The position numbers and the translations under genes were made by a program. 64,000 nt of DNA from an uncultured virus (IMG/VR IMGVR_UViG_3300011883_000001) (taxonomy: Duplodnaviria > Heunggongvirae > Uroviricota > Caudoviricetes > Schitoviridae): IMG/VR virus record IMGVR_UViG_3300011883_000001. The stretch is one strand, 5' to 3'. Below the pieces are notes generated by a model, which did not search any database, was not told the origin of the DNA, and worked only from the letters and a program-made list of their open reading frames with translations. This document shows, piece by piece, positions 57,883 to 64,000 of the stretch (its first letter is position 1; every line of letters starts with the position of its first letter).

Positions 57883-58185
57883 ATGAAATTTGTTAAGAAA
57901 GCTGGTACTGCAGTTGGTTCTATTCTTGATACAACTACCGAAGCTGTAGAGATCTTACATGATGGTGTACTTGCTGTTCGTGAGTTCTCTCGTGAATGGA
58001 AAGATGATGCTCGTGTAGCTGTATTCATTGGTAAGTCAGAGAAACTCAAAGAACAAGGTGAAGCACTTGAAGCTTTAGGTTATACCATCTTACCTGAACA
58101 TGTTGTAGTGAATGATCGTGGTTATCCTGAATTAGATCTTACTGCAATCATGAAGTCTAAACCTGTTCAAGAAGTAAGTAAGTAA
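57883..58185 (+). CDS. First early gene, hypothetical
   Basis: AGGAG RBS; downstream of P1. Confidence 0.8.
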   Translation: MKFVKKAGTAVGSILDTTTEAVEILHDGVLAVREFSREWKDDARVAVFIGKSEKLKEQGEALEALGYTILPEHVVVNDRGYPELDLTAIMKSKPVQEVSK

Positions 58186-58196
58186 GTAATCCAAAT

Positions 58197-58238
58197 GAGT
58201 ACATGACTTAGGTTGTGTACTCTTATTCTTATTCTTTT
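58197..58238 (+). terminator. Terminator after the first early gene
   Basis: GAGTACATGAC-TTAG-GTTGTGTACTC followed by TTATTCTTATTCTTTT. Confidence 0.7.
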
Positions 58239-58468
58239 ACACATCTAACACATCTAACACATTACACATAACCTAAACAGTATGTGCGCTAAACAGTGTC
58301 AAACTTTCTATCAAATCTATTTTTGCTGTGAATACAGATATTACTCTTAACTTAATACTACTTACTTAATTATATAAATAGTAATTGTCAGAATAGCTAT
58401 ATAGGGAATGGTATTAGTATTTATTTATCTATAACTATGTATCTAGTTATTACGTAGTTAGTTATTTA

Positions 58469-58524
58469 NNNNNNNNNNNNNNNNNNNNNNNNNNNNNNNN
58501 NNNNNNNNNNNNNNNNNNNNNNNN
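58469..58524. other. Assembly gap (56 N)
   Basis: Run of N in an AT-rich non-coding region. Confidence 0.99.
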
Positions 58525-58572
58525 CTGAATTTTATCGTGAAAGTTCAATCTGTCAAGACTTAATTGCATGAG

Positions 58573-58588
58573 TGCTTCGCAATAGTGG
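58573..58588 (+). promoter_or_regulatory. vRNAP hairpin promoter P2
   Basis: TGCTTCGCA-ATAGT-GG. Confidence 0.8.
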
Positions 58589-58617
58589 TTATTACTTTAA
58601 TTACAGGGATTACTCTT

Positions 58618-58854
58618 ATGATCTTTACTCACTCTTATATGTCTTATCGTTACTTCACTATGTGGCATTCAAACCAACCTGTGAATACTGATGGTACTCA
58701 GACAACTATCATCACTACTATCAAGTGTGACAACTGTGGTCATCTAGAAATCAATATGCATCAATCACCTATTGCATTAGTCCATGGTCAATTGATTATT
58801 CAACATGATGACGTATGTGCTGATTGTGCTGAACTATATGAGATATTGAATTAA
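58618..58854 (+). CDS. Early protein with two CxxC motifs (possible Zn-binding)
   Basis: CDNC and CADC; start placed downstream of P2 (58618 or 58639). Confidence 0.65.
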   Translation: MIFTHSYMSYRYFTMWHSNQPVNTDGTQTTIITTIKCDNCGHLEINMHQSPIALVHGQLIIQHDDVCADCAELYEILN

Positions 58855-58900
58855 TACATGTTCTCTATCTCTCCTCTAATACTTATTAAGGAATAAACCT

Positions 58901-59071
58901 ATGTCTCCTATTGAAAAACGATTAAGAGTTGTTATCTCCACAATGGGGGACAACACTATCATGATGCTTAAAGAAGGTTTAATTACCCTCAAGGATCTTG
59001 GTCTACCTTCAGAGCATAAAGCTCTATTAGATCAATTAATTAAACAAGAAATAGAGTTAAGAAACGTATGA
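58901..59071 (+). CDS. 56-aa early protein, not in the ORF track
   Basis: AAGGAATAAACCT-ATG; MSPIEKRLRVV... Confidence 0.75.
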   Translation: MSPIEKRLRVVISTMGDNTIMMLKEGLITLKDLGLPSEHKALLDQLIKQEIELRNV

Positions 59072-59190
59072 TCTTACTTGCTATTATTCCTCTTACTGCT
59101 ATCACTTGCTACGGTGTATATCATCGTAGCATTGGTATACTTATATTCTTATTCACTATTGCTGTGGGGTTAAAATTATGTGGTTATTAA
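59068..59190 (+). CDS. 40-aa hydrophobic protein
   Basis: ATGA coupling; MILLAIIPLTAITCYGVYHRSIGILIFLFTIAVGLKLCGY. Confidence 0.6.
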   Translation: MILLAIIPLTAITCYGVYHRSIGILIFLFTIAVGLKLCGY

Positions 59191-59321
59191 TACTGATTAT
59201 TACTTGTCTGTTTGCTGGCGTAGCTCTTATGATCTATGCCTTTGAAACCAAGAGACATTGGTTAGTAGCATCACTTGTTATGTGCTTACTTACCTTGTCT
59301 TATCTGTACCCAGAAATCTAA
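59178..59321 (+). CDS. 47-aa hydrophobic protein
   Basis: GGGG RBS; MWLLILIITCLFAGVALMIYAF... Confidence 0.6.
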   Translation: MWLLILIITCLFAGVALMIYAFETKRHWLVASLVMCLLTLSYLYPEI

Positions 59322-59329
59322 TATCATTT

Positions 59330-59352
59330 GAGGACGCTATGCGTCCTCTTTT
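59330..59352 (+). terminator. Intrinsic terminator
   Basis: GAGGACGC-TAT-GCGTCCTC-TTTT. Confidence 0.75.
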
Positions 59353-59379
59353 GACTTTTAAATTATTACGGATTAAACC

Positions 59380-59646
59380 ATGATCCTTGCAATAGAATAT
59401 TCCCAAGAAGCTGTAGATAAGCTACGCACACTAGGATTTACACGTTCATCTGGTTACTCCATACCTGAAGATGAAGTAGTTAGCATTCACTTCTCAGATC
59501 AGGCTAAAAAGTATGTATTCCTTGATACTCCATCAGGATTACCTTACGTCAACCTAAACTGTTTAGAAGCAGTTCTATTACTTTCTCCTAGCTATGAATC
59601 AACTAAAGAATTTTTACCTATTCTTGAGGAATTAAACCAATGTTAA
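59380..59646 (+). CDS. Early hypothetical protein (paralogue family)
   Basis: SQEAVDKLRTLGF. Confidence 0.75.
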   Translation: MILAIEYSQEAVDKLRTLGFTRSSGYSIPEDEVVSIHFSDQAKKYVFLDTPSGLPYVNLNCLEAVLLLSPSYESTKEFLPILEELNQC

Positions 59647-59900
59647 TTAAAACCAAAGATACAGCTGCTATTCGTAAGCTGCTTGAGAAACATGGATACA
59701 CAGAAGCAAATAACTATACAAATGAGACTTCTGTTTATATTGTAGTTGCTACTCTTGCTAGAACTTTTAATAAAAGAATAGATGATTTTGACATCTATAT
59801 GAACTCAACCAGCTTACGTAAAGCTCTTAGTGTTCAATCACTTGCACCTACATCAGATATAGGCGAAGAACTTATTCGGAGTACTTTTAGTAGTAATTAA
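59640..59900 (+). CDS. Early hypothetical protein (paralogue family)
   Basis: GAGGA RBS; IRKLLEKHGY. Confidence 0.75.
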   Translation: MLIKTKDTAAIRKLLEKHGYTEANNYTNETSVYIVVATLARTFNKRIDDFDIYMNSTSLRKALSVQSLAPTSDIGEELIRSTFSSN

Positions 59901-59963
59901 TATATACCTAATTACTCTTAAATGACTCTACAACCTTTAAAAATTTAGTTAAGGAACTATCCA

Positions 59964-60251
59964 ATGCCAATTGACCTATCCATTAAACCAAAGCAAATAG
60001 AAGACAATACTGATTTGTCTGATATGGAAATCTTTGGTCATATTACACGTATGTTAGGTGAGGACCTTATGGTGTCCTTATCTGATGATACCAAGGGTTA
60101 TTTGCTCTTACATGCGCGTGAAACTTATAAAGATATCTATACCTATGTAGAGTGGTTTACCAATGCTACAGGACAAGTGCCAACTAATGACGCACTAAAG
60201 ATTATCATTGATTCCATACTGCTTGAACGAGTACAAGCAACTAAACCATAA
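59964..60251 (+). CDS. Early hypothetical protein
   Basis: AAGGAA RBS. Confidence 0.78.
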   Translation: MPIDLSIKPKQIEDNTDLSDMEIFGHITRMLGEDLMVSLSDDTKGYLLLHARETYKDIYTYVEWFTNATGQVPTNDALKIIIDSILLERVQATKP

Positions 60252-60292
60252 GAAAGCTGTTATAGCTCTTTTTCATTGGGATACCCTAAAGA

Positions 60293-60556
60293 ATGAAGCT
60301 TTTAAGAAATTTGCTTATTACACCTAATACTCCAGAAGTAATTACTCAATTAGAAACTCTAGGTTTTACTCAATATAGCAATGAAACGCATACTTTTAAG
60401 TATGTCACTATCACTGACCCTCGTAAGATTACAGGAGCTTCCAATATTTCAAAAATGCGTAAGGTAATTCCTAATGACAAATTCATCCATATGATCACAT
60501 TGCTTCAATTAAATGATGATCCGCACTATCGTCGTATGATTATGGGAATGTATTGA
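60293..60556 (+). CDS. Early hypothetical protein (paralogue family)
   Basis: NTPEVITQLETLGF. Confidence 0.75.
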   Translation: MKLLRNLLITPNTPEVITQLETLGFTQYSNETHTFKYVTITDPRKITGASNISKMRKVIPNDKFIHMITLLQLNDDPHYRRMIMGMY

Positions 60557-60621
60557 AGTCTCTGTTCTTAAATCAACTACCATCAAGTGATTGCAGTCCT
60601 ATTAGAATTGTTCTCTCGGTC

Positions 60622-60637
60622 TGCTTCGCAGTAACGG
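60622..60637 (+). promoter_or_regulatory. vRNAP hairpin promoter P3
   Basis: CTGCTTCGCAG-TAAC-GG. Confidence 0.8.
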
Positions 60638-60678
60638 CAATCATGCCATCAATTAAATTAATTTAAGGAATAAATCCC

Positions 60679-60981
60679 ATGGCTTTTAATAAACCAAATA
60701 CTGCTGCTGCTAAATCAACTGCTACTGAAGCTCGTGAAGCTCGTACTACTATCGCTTATGTGAATCTTGGGATTCCTTTAGAAGATGGCAGTACTGCAAA
60801 GGTTGCAGGTGATCTAACCATCCGTTTATATGCTGAAGACGAAACTCATGCTGAATTCGTTCAAGCTATCCGTGAAGGTCACATTGCAGAAGATGAAGCA
60901 GGTGAATACATTATGGTTCGTGTATCTCTTGCACGTGATCCTTCTCAACCACGTCCAGGTATCAAATGGAATCGTGACTAA
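60679..60981 (+). CDS. ssDNA-binding RNAPII cofactor (Drc/N4 gp2-like)
   Basis: Flexible N-terminus then AYVNLGIPLEDG, resembling my recollection of the LUZ7 Drc core; first gene after P3. Confidence 0.6.
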   Translation: MAFNKPNTAAAKSTATEAREARTTIAYVNLGIPLEDGSTAKVAGDLTIRLYAEDETHAEFVQAIREGHIAEDEAGEYIMVRVSLARDPSQPRPGIKWNRD

Positions 60982-60988
60982 TAATATC

Positions 60989-61023
60989 TCCTCTAACCCT
61001 AACGGGTTAGGGGATTTATTTTT
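60989..61023 (+). terminator. Intrinsic terminator
   Basis: TCCTCTAACCC-TAAC-GGGTTAGGGGA-TTTATTTTT. Confidence 0.75.
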
Positions 61024-61055
61024 AAATTCATTATTAATTCTTGATAGGAAACAGT

Positions 61056-61352
61056 ATGGATATTCAAGATATGTTTTACGTAGTTAATACTCCTGAAGTA
61101 GTAGAGTTATTACTTTCTACAGGTTATCAACCTTTTTCTCCTGAATCCTTAAAACGTAAATATTTATGTGTTAATGATATTCTTATCTTAGGTAATACTG
61201 ATTACGATATAGTTAAAGCATCTCCAGAGCTTAACTATATACAATTAAAACAAATACTAAGTATGAAGATATTATTATCTGATTCTGATTGGCTTCAATT
61301 TCTCAGAGACTTTACTAAAGATTTACCTAGAGCAGAGGATATAAATGAGTAA
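61056..61352 (+). CDS. Early hypothetical protein (paralogue family)
   Basis: AGGA RBS; NTPEVVELLLSTGY. Confidence 0.75.
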   Translation: MDIQDMFYVVNTPEVVELLLSTGYQPFSPESLKRKYLCVNDILILGNTDYDIVKASPELNYIQLKQILSMKILLSDSDWLQFLRDFTKDLPRAEDINE

Positions 61353-61482
61353 TGCATTAATAGCTTTCTGTGTGATTTATATGTTTTCTATCCCATTAAC
61401 TCAACAGAATAAACGTAAATACCAACTAATTACGTTAATCACTTTAATCCCTATTTACGGGATAACAAGCATAGGATTTTAA
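61345..61482 (+). CDS. 45-aa hydrophobic protein, not in the ORF track
   Basis: GAGGA RBS; fills the gap exactly. Confidence 0.6.
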   Translation: MSNALIAFCVIYMFSIPLTQQNKRKYQLITLITLIPIYGITSIGF

Positions 61483-61485
61483 ACC

Positions 61486-61830
61486 ATGGAATATACTAAT
61501 GATTTTTATAGATTAGAATCTTCTCAAATAATATTTAATTATAAACCTGAAACAGTAAAGTATATTGAATCACTGGGTATAACTATAGATTCAGCAGTAT
61601 ATACTAGATCTAATTTAGCATACGTATATATAGAAAATCCTTTAACATTATGTGTAGATACAGACCCTATAATACACGAGATAGTTATACCTGATCATTT
61701 AGTAAAACAATATCTATCATTGTACGTTCTAGGTTTAAACATACCTGACATTATTAAATGTCTTCCTGACGTCTGGGATTATCAAGAACATATTGACTGT
61801 TCTGGACGTGACAATCCGTTCATCAAGTGA
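61486..61830 (+). CDS. Early hypothetical protein (paralogue family)
   Basis: KPETVKYIESLGI..IPDHLVKQYLSLY. Confidence 0.75.
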   Translation: MEYTNDFYRLESSQIIFNYKPETVKYIESLGITIDSAVYTRSNLAYVYIENPLTLCVDTDPIIHEIVIPDHLVKQYLSLYVLGLNIPDIIKCLPDVWDYQEHIDCSGRDNPFIK

Positions 61831-61860
61831 TCCCAATCCTGTTGTTCTGTTTCTCTCGTT

Positions 61861-61876
61861 TGCTTCGCATTTGTGG
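61861..61876 (+). promoter_or_regulatory. vRNAP hairpin promoter P4
   Basis: TGCTTCGCA-TTTGT-GG. Confidence 0.8.
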
Positions 61877-61909
61877 CATTCGCCTCTTATCTAAACCAAA
61901 GGATAAACC

Positions 61910-62173
61910 ATGAAACGTAAATCTGTAGATCCTACTGTAGCTATGTATTTCAAATTTATTAAAGATAATCATAAACGTATGTTTATTGATGGTTCTAATT
62001 ATAAGTGGTTAGTTGAATCTTCTGAAACTGACTACAAGAACATGTTGGATATTATTGACATCATTGTTCAAATGCCTTCAACTAATAAAGATTTAGTTGA
62101 ACGTTACCGTCAGGTAGCAGAGTTTATGTTAAATGAGATGTTATATGCATTTAAGGAACGTGAAAATGAGTGA
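61910..62173 (+). CDS. Early hypothetical protein
   Basis: AAGGA RBS after P4. Confidence 0.78.
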   Translation: MKRKSVDPTVAMYFKFIKDNHKRMFIDGSNYKWLVESSETDYKNMLDIIDIIVQMPSTNKDLVERYRQVAEFMLNEMLYAFKERENE

Positions 62174-62549
62174 AGCTCAGGCTACAGTTAGTAAGATACT
62201 AAAGAATGTTTCTATAGGATCTTCCCTTACTTATAAAGATAAGTCTTCAACAGTCATTTATGATTATCAAATATCTAAAGACGATAAGCTTATTTATAAG
62301 ATTATAGCTACTTATTTTAATGCAGAAGTTAAGTTTAAAAACCGTTGTGTTATTTATAAGAGACTACCTGAATTAACTGAAGATCCTTTACTAGCTACTT
62401 ATATCTTAGCTTTATATTTACAAGCTAAAACTGAACAGAATAGTACTGATGAAACCAAGATGAGTTTAACTACTAAATTTATTATTGGGTTTACTTTATT
62501 AGCTCTTACTTATCTCAATACAATTGCAGTATCTAATGCAATTTCTTAA
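62166..62549 (+). CDS. Hypothetical protein with a C-terminal TM segment
   Basis: AAGGAA RBS; PELTEDPLL; hydrophobic tail. Confidence 0.72.
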   Translation: MSEAQATVSKILKNVSIGSSLTYKDKSSTVIYDYQISKDDKLIYKIIATYFNAEVKFKNRCVIYKRLPELTEDPLLATYILALYLQAKTEQNSTDETKMSLTTKFIIGFTLLALTYLNTIAVSNAIS

Positions 62550-62560
62550 TGGAATTAATT

Positions 62561-62983
62561 ATGCGTATCATTGATAAATTACAAGCAGCTATTGAATTAG
62601 CTCAAGGCTATCGTAAAGAGATTGTTGACTTTGAATCTCTTAAAGATAAAACAGTATTGGAAGTTTATTCTACTGAAGACGTCATTGAGATTCTTACTGA
62701 TGATGGTTTGTATTACCTGGAACATATTCAGGATTGTTGTGAACAAGTCTACGTAGAATCCATTGTAGGTGATCTACAATCCCTTGTAGGTCAAACAATT
62801 CTATTAGCTGAAGAATCTACAAATTCAGAAGGAGAACCTTCAAATGAATGGCAAGATTCATTTACCTGGACATTCTATAAATTAGCTACCATTAAAGGAT
62901 ATGTAGATATTCGTTGGTATGGTACGTCTAATGGTTATTACTCTGAATCAGTGACATGTAGGAAACTTACAGTAGGGCGTTAA
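62561..62983 (+). CDS. Conserved phage protein (HxQDCCE...NGYYS family); alternative start 62549
   Basis: HIQDCCEQVY, WTFYKL.TIKG..IRWYG.SNGYYSE. Confidence 0.8.
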   Translation: MRIIDKLQAAIELAQGYRKEIVDFESLKDKTVLEVYSTEDVIEILTDDGLYYLEHIQDCCEQVYVESIVGDLQSLVGQTILLAEESTNSEGEPSNEWQDSFTWTFYKLATIKGYVDIRWYGTSNGYYSESVTCRKLTVGR

Positions 62984-62984
62984 T

Positions 62985-63368
62985 ATGCAACCTTTGTATG
63001 AAACTGCACTAGACAGGATCAAAGACATAAACATGGATGCTGAATTAGAACCTAGATCTCATTTCACTTATTTCAGTGGTACTACTAAGGTAAGACATCA
63101 AACTGTATTCTGGGCATATGACAATCTAGATTTAGCTATATGTATTACTTTTCATTTACCACAAATAAAAGAAGGCATCTCTAAGAGGTTTCTCTTACCT
63201 CTTGAGGAATTACCTACTGATCCCTTGGCTATTACATTAGTATTAGCTACTTGGGTAGAGTTGGAAGAAAAAACTAAACGTAGAGAGTTAAACCAATTAA
63301 CTCTACGTATTCTCCTGGCTCCTCTAATTATCTTCATCACTGTAGCTCTCGCTGCTTACTTCGCTTAA
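62985..63368 (+). CDS. Hypothetical protein with a C-terminal TM segment, paralogue of 62166..62549
   Basis: EELPTDPLA; hydrophobic tail. Confidence 0.72.
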   Translation: MQPLYETALDRIKDINMDAELEPRSHFTYFSGTTKVRHQTVFWAYDNLDLAICITFHLPQIKEGISKRFLLPLEELPTDPLAITLVLATWVELEEKTKRRELNQLTLRILLAPLIIFITVALAAYFA

Positions 63369-63390
63369 TTAAATCTTAAAGGAATAAACC

Positions 63391-64000
63391 ATGTATAAAT
63401 CTCCTGCAGAAATGCAAGAAGAGATCGAACTCTCTTTATCTCGTAAACGTATCAAGGAGGTAGTCCTTGAAGAACTGACTTCTGATATGGACATGTTAGA
63501 TAAGATTATTGAAGGTATTGAATACCTTGATGCATGGACCAAGACAGAATCTACCTACGAATCCAAACAAATGCGTAAAGATCATATTGCATCCATGGAT
63601 TTACAAGAGATTGTAGAAACTATCTATGTCACTATCCTTGCTCAGAAAGCTCCTAGTACCTTGAATAACCTTGCATGTCAGTTAGCAGGTATCCTTCAGT
63701 TTGAAGAGAACTATCAAGGTATTACAGCTATTGCTGAGTGTATTGCAGTGCTTTGCCATACCAACGTGTATGACTTAAATAAGCCTCATAAGTACAGTTC
63801 TATCCTTGTAGTACCTAACTTCACTCTCTCAGATGAAACCAAGGAATTCATTGAGAATGCTCAGTATTTACCTCCTATGAAAGTATTACCTAAGTTCTTG
63901 ATCCATAACCGTAGTAGTGGGTACAAGACGATTAAAGGTGATTCCCTGATTCTAGGAGGTAAACATAACCATCATACTGAAGATATCTGTCTGGATGTCT
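63391..64000 (+). CDS. RNA polymerase II subunit 1 (N4 gp15-like); 3' truncated by the window edge
   Basis: AAGGAATAAACC-ATG; open to the window end; QYLPPM..P...NRSSGY...DSLILG..NHH..DICLD. Confidence 0.88.
   Translation, partial: MYKSPAEMQEEIELSLSRKRIKEVVLEELTSDMDMLDKIIEGIEYLDAWTKTESTYESKQMRKDHIASMDLQEIVETIYVTILAQKAPSTLNNLACQLAGILQFEENYQGITAIAECIAVLCHTNVYDLNKPHKYSSILVVPNFTLSDETKEFIENAQYLPPMKVLPKFLIHNRSSGYKTIKGDSLILGGKHNHHTEDICLDV

Noticed and set aside
1..64000. tRNA genes, integrase, stop-codon reassignment
   Set aside because: No cloverleaf or integrase recognised; genes are intact under the standard code and all three stops are used

Overview
About 64 kb of a circularly permuted N4-like (Schitoviridae) lytic podophage genome. 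The host is probably Acinetobacter or another Moraxellaceae; this is inferred only from the TIGR02594-type endolysin and the tail-fibre motifs. Order in the window: (1) middle/replication genes on + (vWA fragment, Dda-like helicase, family A DNA polymerase, kinase, NUDIX, thyX, nrdAB, nuclease, primase, Sak4-like ATPase, SSB, resolvase), interrupted by an inverted lysis/tail block; (2) late genes on - (3896-aa virion RNA polymerase, ejection proteins, capsid, portal, terminase); (3) a + strand tail-fibre operon; (4) the probable genome-end region with a 56-N gap; (5) early genes driven by four vRNAP hairpin promoters, ending in the start of RNAPII subunit 1. Best findings: a group I intron (IA2-like) carrying an HNH gene that splits the Sak4-like ATPase gene; a candidate ~65-nt sRNA complementary to Shine-Dalgarno plus AUG, with its own sigma70 promoter and terminator next to the portal gene; a vRNAP with a Tyr-to-Phe change in motif B, two HExxH domains and an inserted domain; an expanded family of small paralogues; a displaced holin; and a moron-like gene with an operator palindrome. 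All calls come from reading the sequence; no searches were run.
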